A stretch of DNA of 64,000 nt from assembly GCF_009914755.1 (NCBI RefSeq), contig NC_060935.1. One strand, given 5' to 3'. Under the pieces are notes generated by a model. The model saw nothing but the letters and a program-made list of their open reading frames with translations, searched no databases and was not told the origin of the DNA. How positions within the stretch are numbered: the stretch's first letter is position 1; every line of letters begins with the position of its first letter. Positions 47,005 through 59,663 of the stretch are shown here, one piece after another. This stretch comes from the human T2T-CHM13v2.0 reference genome, Homo sapiens. A program made the translations under genes and the position numbers.

Positions 47005-47950
47005 AGTAGGTGGATGGATGGATGGATGGATGGATGCTTGGGTTGATGAATGGTTGGGTGGATGGATTGGTGAATGGATGAGTGGGTGAGTGAGCGGGTA
47101 GATGAATGAGTAGATGAATGTGTGGATGGATGGATGGATGGATGGATGGATGGATGGATGGATGAATGGATAAATGGATGTTTGGGTGGATAAATGGGTG
47201 GGTGGATGAGTGGACAGATGAGTAGGTGGATGGATGGATGGATGGATGGATGGATGGATGGATGGATGGATGAATGGATAAATGGATGTTTGGGTGGATA
47301 AATGGGTGGGTGGATGAGTGGACAGATGAGTAGGTGGATGGATGGATGGATGGATGGATGGATGGATGGATGGGTGGATGGATGGATGGATGGATGGATG
47401 GATAGATGGATGGATAGATAGGTAGATGGAAGGATGGTTGAGTGGATAAATGGATGGGTGAATGAGTGGGTAGATGAATGGATGGGTGGATGGATGAATG
47501 AGTGGGTAGATGAGTGGATGGATAAATGGTTGGATGGATGGATGGATGGATGGATGGACTGATGATTGGATGGATGGATGGATGGACTGATGATTGGATG
47601 GATGGATGGATGGATGGATGGATGGATGGATGGATGCATGGATGGATGGATGGATGGATGGAAGGATGCATAGATGGATGGATGGATGGTTGGGTGGATA
47701 GATGTGGATGGATGAGTGGGTGGATGAGTGGATAGAGGAATGGATGGATGGTTGAGTGGATAGATGGATGAATGGATGGATGGATGAATGGTTGAGTGAA
47801 TGGATGGATGGATGAATGGTTGTGTGAATGGATAGATGGTTGTGTAGATAGGTGGGTGGATTAGCGGGTAAATGAGTGAGTGGCTAGCTAGCTAGCTACC
47901 AATCTATCTACCTATCCACCTGGCTATCCATGTAGCTAGATAGATAGATG
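47005..47950. repeat. (GGAT)n/(GAAT)n degenerate tetranucleotide tract
   Basis: Long GGAT runs. This is the source of the HPSI and GWMD ORFs in the track. Confidence 0.97.
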
Positions 47951-49157
47951 CAGAGAGAGGATAGATAGGGGCACACAGAGGATGAAGGAAAGGACAGATA
48001 TGAGCATACCTGCAAACACAGAGCCCCATGGACAGGCAGATGAACACACACTAGCAGGAATAGCCTCTGACATCCCAGCCACCTTACAGCTCTCCGCGCT
48101 TCCTACGTGGTAACTTATGGCAGCCCTTGGATGTGTGTACTGCAGAGGGGGCATGTGAGGTTCAGGAGGGCCCTCCTTCTTGCTCAGCATCCTGCAGCTA
48201 GTAGGCAGAGGGACCCACACCAAGCGTCTCTGGGTGCCATGCTAGGACCCACAGAAATGCAGGCTTACCCAGGCCCCTGGAGATCAGATGGGCCCACAGA
48301 GAGGACAGAAGCTGGGGCCTGTGGATGACCCAGAAGTTCAGACACACCCACAAGTACCAGAAGTACACCAGGGGCCCACAGAAACTCAAGAGCCAAGGAG
48401 GATTCTTGGAACCACAGAGGGGAACACACACAGGCAGACACACAAACCCAGACAGCTCTTTTACCAGGATGACTGGATGGGTTAAAGGAACTTTCCTCAG
48501 CCCCACACCCCACACCCCACACCTCACGCCAGCCAGATATGCCCACAGTTAGGTCAGGGAGGGGTGGCCGAGAGTAACCAGGGGAGGGTTGGCTTTGGGC
48601 CACCAACAATCAGCCAACCCAGCCAGAAGCAGCTGTCACCATGAGGTGACTCTAGGGCCTGAAGAAGCCACTGAGGCCAGCAGTAGAGAGGTTCCACTGC
48701 CACCACCCCCAGGCCAACCCTCCTCTCTACCCTAGGGCCTGCCCTGAGCCCTCCAGAGTTCTCTATATTTGGAGATGCTGCCTTTCCGGCCAGCAGCCTT
48801 AGCAAGAACCAGCCCTTTGCTGGCCTACTTTGAGCTAATCCCCCAACCCTGCCCTGTGGGCACTGGGCAAACAAGCAGCCAAGTGGGCTGGAAGTGCAGC
48901 TGGGAGCCAGTCAGGGTCTCCAGGCAAGGAGAGAGAGGAGCTTGGGAAGTTCCAGGTCCCCAGGTCACCGCAGGGCAGCTTCTAGGTCAACATAGCCTGG
49001 CTGGATTCTGGCGAGCTGGTCCTGCGCCCTTGCTGTGTGCCTGCATTGCTTCTGCCTAGAACACTGGCCCTCTGATCTCCAGTCCTAGGACAACTCCCAG
49101 GTCACTGAAGGCCCACTGGGATCTTTTCCCCTGGTAAACACTGTGGGCCTAGGCTCT

Positions 49158-49270
49158 TGCCTAGTGCTGGGCAGGCCTCTCCGGACCCCCACATGGGCAG
49201 TCTGTGCACCCCTATTCCCCGAAGCATGGGCCTAGGCCTGGTGTTCCCGTGCCATCCCTGGGAAGACGAG
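49158..49270. repeat. Copy 1 of an about 113-bp local duplication
   Basis: Colinear with 50328-50440 (ACATGGGCAGTCTGTGCACCCCT...GGGCCTAGGCCTGGTGTTCCC). Confidence 0.9.
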
Positions 49271-50327
49271 CCACCCTGTGGGTGGGTCTGCTCTGACCCG
49301 GGGAGGACCTTTCCCGAAGGTCAGAGTCCCTTACCTACCAGCCCCTGACCATGTCCAGTTCTGGAGAGGGTGAGCATGGACAGGGAGGCCCAAGGGGCTG
49401 CTGGTGGCCAGGCCTGGGAGGGCAGGCTGGAGTGAGGGGCAGCATACCCAGGGGGCAGGTGGGCTATAGGCCTCTGGAGGCCCCCATATTCCCCCGCCCA
49501 GCACCAGGCTCTTGCATGTCTTCACCTCTGTTCAGAATCTGGCCCTAAAAAGGTGGCAGAGGCTGGAGGCTGAGAGCCACCCCAGACTTAATGGAGGTGA
49601 ACAGGAAGCCCCCGCGATCCAGCGTGGCTGGAACATGCTGTGGCTGTCAGAGGCGGGAAAGGCAGGACAGCCGTACCCGCTGGCTGGGGCTGGGTGGAGG
49701 GTGCCCAGAGGAGGGTGGGCCCAGCCTCCTCTCCATCCTGCTGGATGAGGCCAGATTTGGTTGGCTGGCCACTGTGCTGGCCACTGGTGGACCCCATGTG
49801 CCCCACTGGGAGCCAAAGGAAGTGGCCAGTGGTGAGGAGCAGAGGTAGAGGCGGTGAGACCTGCAGGCGCTGGGCAGCCCTGGCACCCACCCATGCCCTC
49901 ACCTGCCAGCGTGTGCTCACAGAGCTGGGTGGCACCTGACGTCTCTCTGTGTGCGCCTTGGCCAGGAGGGCAGTGCAGGGTGCAGGGAGCCAGTGGCCTC
50001 CGGGGAACTAAGACCTGGCCCTTCCAAAGCAGGTTTGTGCAGAGTCTAGACAAGCTGCAGAATGTTTCCACCAAGAAGGCAGCTGCAAGAATCGGGGCGA
50101 CAGTGGAGATCCCAGAGTCACCTGCGGGGCTGACGTGGAGAGAGCGAGTACGTGTGTGCGTGGGTGAGTGTGCACGTGCATTGTGTGCACAGGTGCGTAG
50201 CAGTGTGCCCGTGCCTGGCGTGTGCGTGTGTGTGAGGCTGTGTGGGTCAAGCGCCCACACTCACAGGTGAGGGCTGGGGCTGACACTGCCAGAAAGGGTC
50301 TCCTGTCCTCTTCCGCCTGCAAGCTGA

Positions 50328-50440
50328 TGCCTAGTGTTAGGCAGGCCCCTCTGGACCCCGACATGGGCAGTCTGTGCACCCCTGTTCCGCGAAGTGTGGG
50401 CCTAGGCCTGGTGTTCCCATGTCACCCCAGGGAAGATGAG
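50328..50440. repeat. Copy 2 of an about 113-bp local duplication
   Basis: Colinear with 49158-49270, offset 1170 bp. Confidence 0.9.
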
Positions 50441-51594
50441 TCCTGCTGGGTTGCCAACTTCCACAGACCCCGACATGCTGGGTGGCCTTCGGGCTTCGCT
50501 GGGTCTTTTTCTCCTTCTCTCCCAGCCACTCAGATGACTTCAGTGGTGGCTTCTCATGCCTCAATGTCAAGGACTTAAGGTGACCCTCTGGGTTGGGGGC
50601 GAGGGGAACATCTGAGATCAGGAAGCTAAAACCCCTTCCAGGATGATCTGGATCTCCTGGGGTCACGAACTGCCCTGCTCTGAGCTCCTTTGGGGACGGA
50701 GGGTCCCAGGGCAGAGAGCTGTTCCAAAGAGACCCCAGTTCAGAGGCTTCTGTGCAGACCAGGCTCCCAGGACAGAGACTTTTATCTAGAAAAAGGGCCC
50801 CTGTGGAGAGGGACCCCAGGAGGAAGGCTCTGAACAGTCAGGGGTCCCAGGACGGCGCCCCTGGGAGCAGGAGGGTCCAGGCCTGCACTGGAGAGGCCTG
50901 CGAGAGGCCTGTGTACGGAAGGGGGCGCCCGAACGCCTGCCAGGCCGGCAGGCTGGGCTGGGAGGCAGCAGGCGGAGTCTGGCCCGTAGGGCAGGGAGGG
51001 AGCAGGGGTCGGGCGGGAGCCGGAGGTCAGGCCACCTCCAGGAGCGGCCAGCAGACAGCAGGGGGAGCTTGGAGCCCAAATGATCCAGCTCTGCCAGCAA
51101 CCTCTGCCCCGTGCAGCCCAGGCTTTCCTGCTGGGACCCCCATGGCAGAGGTGCCTTGTTTGGGGCCAGTCGGTCATCCCCGGCCAGCAGCCACCCTTGG
51201 GGATGCCCATGGGGGAGGCTGAGAAAGGCCCTGAGGGCACCTTGGGTTGGATCCTGAGCCACCCTGGAGCCAACTCAGGGGAGCTGGGACTCAACCCCTA
51301 GCCCACCGGCCAGGCAGGTGGGGGGCCCCAGTCAGGGCTTGGGCAACGAGGAGCCCCGACCCGCATCACAGATGCACCAAGCCTGCTCGAGGGCAGTGGG
51401 AGAAGTGCGGCCCTCAGGATGCCACGTGCTCCAGGCCCGAAACCCTCTGGCTGGAGGGGCCCTCTGGAACTGCAGGGAGGACTCTGTAGCCAGGGTGGGG
51501 CTGGGGGCCGTGGGTGACCCTGGCTCCTTCCTTATTCTCTGAACCCAGCAGCCACTTACTTGGACTCCTGTGTCACACAACCCTTGCCCCAGGT

Positions 51595-51906
51595 CTGCCC
51601 GCAGTGACACCCGCACACAGTGGGGCCTGCACGCAGTGATGTCTGCACACAGTGATGCCTGCACACAGTGGGGCCTGCCCGCAGTGATGTCTGCACACAG
51701 TGATGCCTGCATGCAGTGACACCTACACGCAGTGGGCCTGCCCGCAGTGATGCCTGTACACAGTGGGGCCTGCACGCAGTGGGCCTGCCCACAGTGACGT
51801 CTGCACGCAGTGACGTCTGCCCACAGTGGGGCCTGCACGCAGTGACGCCTACATGCAGTGATGCCTGTACGCAGTGACGTCTGCCCACAGTGGGGCCTGC
51901 ACGCAG
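51595..51906. repeat. About 16-bp minisatellite RCAGTG(ATG/ACG/GGG)YCTGCAC, about 19 copies
   Basis: CAGTG recurs at 15-16 nt spacing. Confidence 0.92.
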
Positions 51907-54706
51907 GGCGTTTGCTCACGGCAGGTGCGTGCATGGTGGAGGCGGTGCCGCGGGGCTTTGGTCCAGCCTGGTCAAGGTGTGGAAAAGCCCCCGTCGCACC
52001 TGCAAGTCCCCCACCTGCTTGAAGGGAGCTCCTGGCTCATCCTACCAGGAACCCCGGGGGGCTCCGAAAGCCAAACCTCTGGTCTGCCCCTGAGCTGGGG
52101 GTGCCTGGAGAGTGTGGGGCCAGCAGCCGTGGGAACGAGGCTGGAATCCCGAGCAAGTAGAAAGGGGGCGGGGCAGGGAGGATGCAGCACCAGGACAGGT
52201 GGGGGCCCCGGGGCTCTCCAACCTGGGGGTCAACTGCGACTTCCGGGTCCTAAGTGTGGGGACCCCACAGGGTGGGACCCACTGCCCTCCTATCCAGGGA
52301 TACAAACCACCCTGCCCACCACAGAGCCTGAATTAGGCCTCCTCTTCTTCCCCAGAAAACCTGAACAGCCCCCCATCCACCTCCCAGAGAGCCCAGACGG
52401 CCCCTGCGTATCCCATAGCCTGCCCGCTCATCTCTCCCACGGGGGCCCTGGTGGGTAGGACCCAGCTCGCACTCACACAGGGCTTGGAAAGCTGGGGCAG
52501 CTCCAGGGTGACCCCAGGAATCCCCAGGACAGGAGACATTGCATGCACACCACGTCATTTTCTGACCTCCAGGGAGCGCACTGCCAGGAAACTTGGGAGG
52601 CTGAGCGAAGGGCCTTCCCGCAAAGAGTCAGAGTGGGTGGGGGCGCGGGTTTCAATGGGCTCCAATGGGCTCCCTCCCTGGGCCACAGCCTCACAGCACC
52701 CAGCGTCCCAGCCAGGTTTGGAGCAGGGGCAGGGGTCTGCAGCCCCCCAGAGGTGTCACACCCCTACTGCCTGCCTCTGTCCCCCACTTCTCTGGCCTGG
52801 GACCCTGTCCCAAGGCGATGCTGACACATCTGACAGCCAGGCCGCCATGTGTCCCAGCCCGGGCAGCCAGTGGGTGGGTGGCCAAGGCAGCCTGGGCAGG
52901 AAATGGCAACGCGGTGGAGGGCCCTGGAACATTCCTCCAGCCTGCACACTCGCTGGTCCCTCTGGCAGCTGGTCCAGGACATGCCTCTGTCGGGGACTGG
53001 GCTCCCACACCCCGACACCCCCTGCTCTCCAGGCCCCTGTGTGTACAGGGAAGGCTTTGAGCACACGGCTCCAAACTGTGGGTCCCCATTCTCCCCTCGT
53101 GCCCCACCTCGGTCAGTCCCTGCGTCTGCCCCCACTCGGTGCTGCTAGTGCCAGCAGTATGAGGGTTTGCATTGGCTTTTGGCCAAACCCTGGAATGTGC
53201 CTGCTGGCTGCACGGCAGCTGTTCTTGGAACAGGGCGACAATGCACAGACTGTCTCTGAGACGTGGGCGGATGGGGTGCAGACTGCCCGGAGCTGCGCAT
53301 GAACCCAGGCCCCGAGACAAGGGTGAATGGGCTCACACAGGCCGAGACACCGGTGAATGGTGTCCAAAGATGCAGCAGGACCTGGAACCGGCACTGGGGG
53401 CCCTCAGCCTGGGACTCGGCCTGTGTGAGGTGCGGGGCACAGGTGGCTGACGGCACACACTGCTAAGAACCCCTGATGAATGGGGAGCAGAGCACCCCAA
53501 TACTCAGACTCACGGGGACACGTGGTCCAGATGCTCAGGAGGGGTGTATGAGCGACGGCACCCTGATTCCAGATGGGCATCTACAGTCACAGGCAAAGGG
53601 CATGTCGCTGGCTGTGCAGGGTCGTGGGGGGACAAGGCACCCAATTTTAGGGTCAGTGGGGTTCATGTCTCTCAGATGCTTCTGGGATTGTGAGGACTTC
53701 AGGCCTCTGAGGAAGGGGCACAAACCCCTGGAGGCTTAGGTGATGAAGCTGAGAATTCGTGAATAGGGCACAGGGGTGTCTGGACAGGGATGAATGTAGC
53801 TCCCACGGCCGAGACAGCTGCTGATGAAAGGGCAGCAGGCGTCCAAAGAAACAGGGGAACTTGGAACTGGCACTGGGGCCCTCGACCTGGGATATGCATC
53901 TGCGTTCGAGGCAGGCAGTAGGGGCTAGGCTGCTGAAGACCCTGACGGACAGGGTACAAGGCATCAAAGCCCTCAAGCAGCTAGAGAAGAGGGGGGCTCG
54001 AGGGCTTGGAATGTGGGTGCACAGCTCCCGACGCTGCAGGGGGCGAGGTAAGCCGTCGCACAGAGGGTTGGGGTGGAGCGTCCCGAGACCCGAAAACCCA
54101 GGGCAGAGTGCCCGTCAGGGTGATGGTTGAAGTCCTCACTACTCAGATGGTCGGAGGAGGGGGTAGGACACCCAGTCAGCTGCCGGACACTCAGGTAAGG
54201 AGGTACTGGAGCCAAACTGTCTGAGTGACTGGGTCTGCAGGACCTGAACCTTCACAATAAGAGGGCCCCCTGCAGTGGGACCAGGAGGGAGGGTGTGTGT
54301 CCAGACACGTGGGTGAATAAGGGCTATGCTTTCTGTCCTCAGGGGACTGGGGGCACCTTTGCAGATGTGTGCAATATCACCCACACTCTCAGAGGATTCC
54401 AGACACACACCACTCAGAAATGTGGGCTAGGAGCACCCGCTGCACCTGCGCTGAGAGAGCTGCAGAAAGGGTTACCAGCCCCTCGGGTGGAAGGAGACAG
54501 CCGGAGCTCTCAGGGTAAGATAACCTCACTTCTGACATATAGGGCACCACGACATTCAGAGTCCTGGGGTCCACGCTGCCCAGATACTCAGACAAGTGGG
54601 GTATCAGGGCCCGTTTCTCTGTCATCCAGGTATTCGAGTGATTAGCGTTCTGGCTCCAGAACTGTCAAGAGGGCGGATGGACAGAAACTTGCCCAAGCCT
54701 CCAAGC

Positions 54707-54833
54707 AATGGGGTCCAGAGACCCAGACGCTCAGGCTGATGAGTGCAGGAACCCACACACTGACAGTAATGGGGTCCAGAGACCCAGATGCTCAGGCTGA
54801 TGGGGACAGGAACCCACACACTGACACCAATGG
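54707..54833. repeat. 61-bp tandem repeat, 2 copies
   Basis: AATGGGGTCCAGAGACCCAGAYGCTCAGGCTGATG..CAGGAACCCACACACTGACA occurs twice. Confidence 0.88.
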
Positions 54834-55625
54834 AGTACAGGGCTCTAGGTATTTAGAATAATGGGGTACACGTGTCTAGATGTCAGTGAATTGAGGTGGA
54901 AGCTCAGCTCCTCAGAGGCACATTACAGAGCCATGGGAATGAGCAGCTCTCAGACAGGGCAGACACGAGGGCAGAGGAGGTGCACCCAGCAGTGAGATGC
55001 CTGGAGCACAGGACGTCCAAAACCACAGGAATGAGGCACCAGGCTCCCGGCCCTGGGCTGACACCCAGGCTTAAGTACCATGTGTCATGGGGGATTCAGA
55101 GGGTTCAACAGGTGGGGGGCACGCTGTCGTGGCACCCTGGTGACAACAGGAGACCAAGGAGGGGCAGGTCACCTGGCCCTGGGCATGAGGGAGGGGGCTG
55201 CACAGGCACTCAGGTCCCCAAGCTGTGTCTCCCAGGCACTCTCAGGCGTGGGGTGTAAAGATGCTGATGCCAGGGTTCCCCATGAACACAGACCCCCCTA
55301 AACAAGGTAAATGGGGTCCACACAAAAGTTGTGGGGGATCAGGCCCCTGCCATGAGGTCCCCAAGGCCCTTGGGAGATGAGGTCAATGCGGGGAGGACCG
55401 GGAGAACCCCCGTCCTCTGACATGGTGGCTGCAGTACCAGCCATTTGAGGAGTGGGTTACATGCCCCCAGACTTCCAGGTGACGGGGGTGGCCACCCAGA
55501 CACTTCAAGACATGGGGTTTTCATCACCAAAATCCAGATGCAGATTCTCAGAGGATAGGAACTGAGCCCATGGAATCAGCACCAGCCATGTTCAGAGGGT
55601 GCAGACCCCCATGCCCAAGACGGAG

Positions 55626-55912
55626 CAGAGCCTCCCAGAGGCTCGGTGATGGGGTGCAGCCTCCACGGAGGCTCGATGATGGGGTGCAGCCTCTCTGGAG
55701 GCTCAGGTCATGGGGTACAGCCTCCCCGGAGGCTCAGGTCATGGGATGCAGCCTCCCAGAGGCTCGGTGATGGGGTGCAGCCTCCCCAGAGGCTCAGGTC
55801 ATGGGGTGCAGCCTCCTCCCAGAGGCTCGGTGATGGGGTGCAGCCTCCCCAGAGGCTCAGGTCATGGGGTGCAGCCTCCCCAGATGCCTGGTTGATGGGG
55901 TACAGCCTCCCG
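55626..55912. repeat. About 29-32-bp minisatellite GCAGCCTCCC(C)AGAGGCTC(AGGTC/GGTG)ATGGGGT, about 9-10 copies
   Basis: Direct tandem units with two alternating variants. Confidence 0.93.
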
Positions 55913-58416
55913 GGATGAAGAGGCACAGACAGTATGCATGAAAGGTGAGTGTGGCACACACAAGCTAAGACACAGAGAATGGGCATAGGGCATCCCAAAG
56001 CACAGAGAACTGTGGCAAGCTGAGTTCCCCCATCCCCGGCCATCCCGGGCCCCAGCTGATGAGGGTGCCCCAGCCCTGCAGGGCTCAGCAGCTGGGGTCA
56101 GAGTGGGTGGGGCAAACACGCGCTCACCCAGCACACTTTTCTTTGTGTGCCAGTGACTCCTGGCTCCCCAGAGCCAGCGCTTGCTTTGCAGTCCAACCTC
56201 AAGCATTCCCCAGGCGACCTCAGAGGAAGCGTCCCCATCCAGGAGCCCCACCAGGGTCTCCATGAGGCTGCTGGCTGCCAAGCCACCGTCTCGGGGCCTC
56301 GGGACTGGCCTCGGGCTCCAGCTCTGTTTGGTTTTCTCCTTCCTGCCCTGGAACCTCAGACGCCAGTCTGGCTGTGAAGGCGCCCATATACTGGGGAAAG
56401 TACAAAGCCCCTACACAGCTGGCTGCAGAGAACCGCGCGCAGGGCACGTAGCTCAGCTGTACCCTGGGGCCAGCGTCGAGCCACCCCCTGCATGTGTCCC
56501 CTTGCTTGCCTAAAAGCCCCACTAGGGCAGCCTCTGGCCCTTCTCATCCCAGATTGAGTCAGACTAGGAGACAGACCCATACCCTGTGCAAACACCAGAA
56601 GGACGTACAAGTCCCCACACGCCCAGGGCCGCGTGTGACCGGACGGGCCCAGACGTGCACATGCATGCCCACACGTCCTCCTGCTGTGGCCCGAAAGCAT
56701 CCTCGGAGCCTGGGCTATGTCCTCCACACTTGCTGCCTGACCAGCCCCGTGGGGCCGGCCCCGCTGGGACAGGTTTTCCCGTTAAGCATTAACCACCAGC
56801 AGATAAGGGCTCTGAGGGAACGCCCTGACCTGGGATGGCTGCTCCTCGGTAGGCCCAAGTCATGGATCTGACTAGAGTGACCAGACCAGACTAACTGGCA
56901 GAGCAGAGGGAGAGGAGCTTAGGCTATAGGCTCTGCTCGGGGGTCCAACTGAAGCAAGAGGCACTGAGGTTAGACCAGAGTGAGGACTTCCAGCCACTCA
57001 CCCGGGGGCCAGCTGATAAGAGGATCACTCATTAGGAAACCAAGAACTCAAGGGATTGGGTCAGCCCAGCAGGAGACAAAGGCACAGAGGGGAATGGCCC
57101 GAAGGTGCCTGGGGCTGGAAGCAGAGGCAGTGGCGGAGCCAAGCCGGCCCACCTGGCTCTCTGTGAGCCCCCTGCCCCACACTGCCCAGGGCAGCCCCCG
57201 CCCGGCCCCTACCCTCCTCACACTTGGTTCCCCCCAGCCCACAGCACCTGAGGATGCCCTCTTCCAAGCCAGGCAGCCCTGCACCTCAGGACCCCTCCCC
57301 GTCGTGCAGAACCTGCTCAAACCAGGTTCAGCCAGGCCACCTCCTGCTGCCCCTCACCAAGGCCAGCCTGACGGGCCCATCGCCCCCTCCTGCAAAGCTA
57401 GGTAGGGCTCAGGGTGCCCCCAGCCCCAAGGGACCCTTGGAAATAGGCTGGAGCCCAGATGCTCAGCCTCTGCGTCTTGGGGAGACCTTCCTCCCAAAGG
57501 GAGTTGCCCAGCTATCACGGGCCAGCAGTTCCGGCCACAAGGTGGGGTTCCTGCAGCCCTGGCCCCCGCACCCCCTCCTACCCCAGGAGAGAGTTCCCCG
57601 TCACCAGAGGCAGTGCTGTCCGAGAGCTGGACCCGCCTTCGGGTGTCTGAGAGGAAGGCCTGGTGGCTGGCCGGCCATAGGAAGTGGTGGGCGTCAGGTG
57701 AGAGCATTTACACCTGGGGGGCTGCCAGCCCCAGCACTCGGGGAAACGTTGCTTTTCCAGAGGAAGGGCTCACGGAAAGGTGTTCCCACGGAAGCAGAAA
57801 CCATTCCGTATAGACTCACCCTGGAGGGAAGCATTAGCAAGCCTGAAATGGTGCCCGCCTTGGGCTAACATGAAGTCTAAAGGAGGGGCTCACCCCCGTT
57901 CTGCCTGGTGGGGGCTGGGGGCCCTAACGGGGTGGAATTCAGCACAAAACGTCATGGCAGGTCTGGGGGTCCTGGGGTGACCAGGGAGGGTTCCCTGGAA
58001 GAGGTGGGCTCACGCTGGCCTTGGAGGGTGAGTCGGATGGGGATGCGGAGAGGCCTTCTAAGCAGCTTGGCAGCTGCAGGAGCAGAGCAGCCGCCTTCGT
58101 GGGGAGAGAGGAGCCGGTTTCCAGAGCCTTAAGGAGCCCGCTGGAGCGGTGGCCAGTGGGGAGCCGGGGAGGAGGGACCGTCTCCCTTTCCTGGGAAAAC
58201 ATGGCGTGAACTCCCAGAGAAGGTTTTCCCAGCAGGGCCACAGGAGACAGACAGCCAAAGCTAGACAACGGGGAGAGCAGCCCCGGGAGGCTCAGGCAGG
58301 GAGGGCGGGGGATTCCCAGATCTGGGAGGGGAGACCCGAGAGCCCCCAGCGCCCAAGGGTCTCCAGGGCACTGTCCCCGGGAGCCATGAGGGAGGCCGGG
58401 TCCCGAGGGGCGGACG

Positions 58417-58433
58417 GCGCCACCTGGTGGCCA
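58417..58433 (-). promoter_or_regulatory. Candidate CTCF site in a CpG-rich segment upstream of SYT8
   Basis: Minus strand TGGCCACCAGGTGGCGC fits the CTCF core CCASYAGRKGGCRS. Confidence 0.65.
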
Positions 58434-59603
58434 TGCGCCCGCTGCACCTGCACCTCCCTGGGGTCCCGGCGGTCCGGAGGGACCCCGCACCTCCCCAGGC
58501 TTTGGGACCCCCAGCATCGGCAGCCAGCGCCCCCAGGGTCCTGGGGTTCTCCGGAGCAGCTTCTGGGTGGCCCCTGTGCTCCTCTGGGGACAAGGTCACC
58601 AGGCTGGCCCGGGAGTGCCGCTGGCCGGTCGCGGCAAATCACTGCAGGGGAGCTCTCCCCGCCCGGCCCTGACTGTTCTTAGACTAAAGGAGGGGGGACG
58701 CCAGCAAAGCGGGGGCACAGGGGAGGGGCGCACGCACACGCACACGCACACATGCCCGCACTCACAGATGGAGATTCTGTATTGGCAACTTATCCGGAAT
58801 CTCAACCATAAAAATCTGGAGTGAAGCTACTTTAATCTCAGCATGTATACAGGCTCTGACATTTCAAAAAGAGAAGTTGCCTTGAAACTCCACGTAGGGA
58901 GGAGGCAGTGGCCTGTTTGAATCTGGCCGGCACAGTCCCGCTCCAGGGACCCTGCGGACCCAGCCCATTCCATCAGCCACCACCAGTAGGAGCGCTCCGC
59001 CAGCCACGTGTGGGACGCCGGACCCACCTGGGAGTGTCCCCCAGGAGCTGAGGGGCTGCCGAGGCCCGTGAGCTTCACTGCACACCCACACTGCATCTGC
59101 AGGGGACTCACCCAAAGGGTCCCCCGAACTCGACAAGCTCCGTCATTTGTGAGGCCCAGTGCAGAATGAAAATGTGCAGCATCTTGTTCCAAAATTAAGA
59201 ATTTCAAGATGGCCCCAGCACGCATTAAACCAAGCAGGGACCCCTCTGAGCATGGGGCCCTGCGCACAGGGTGCAGCCTGGAAAGCTGGCCCTGACCTCC
59301 GCATCTCCTTTTTGTACCTATAATCCCTCCATTGTGCTGGCCCCTGTGTTCTGGGGACAGGCTGGGCTTCCCAGGCCATGCTGGCCTCCAGAGCCACAAA
59401 ACTAGAGCTCCCAGCCTCGGTCCACTCGTCTGTAAAACACCTGGCCTGCTGACCTCACAGGGTCAACATGCGTGTGGGGCTGGAACCTGGACCCTCCCTC
59501 CCCTCCTTGAGCTGCAGCCCCCTCATCTGAACACTGGGGGTTTGGGTCCGTTCTGGGAGTGCAGCTGCCTCTCCCAGCCTGCCAGGGAGTGGGGCATTGA
59601 TGC

Positions 59604-59612
59604 TGTGTGCGC

Positions 59613-59662
<50 letters not shown>
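59604..59662. repeat. (GT)n microsatellite with a GCGCGTGC lead
   Basis: 59 nt of alternating purine-pyrimidine sequence. Confidence 0.97.

Positions 59663-59663
<1 letters not shown>

Noticed and set aside
46761-47735. About 295-aa HPSI-repeat ORFs
   Set aside because: Translations of (GGAT)n.
49532-58682. Many 150-283-aa ORFs upstream of SYT8
   Set aside because: P/G/A/R-rich GC artefacts with no domain signatures. The Cys-rich ORF at 51332-51934 is the 16-bp minisatellite, not a keratin-associated protein.
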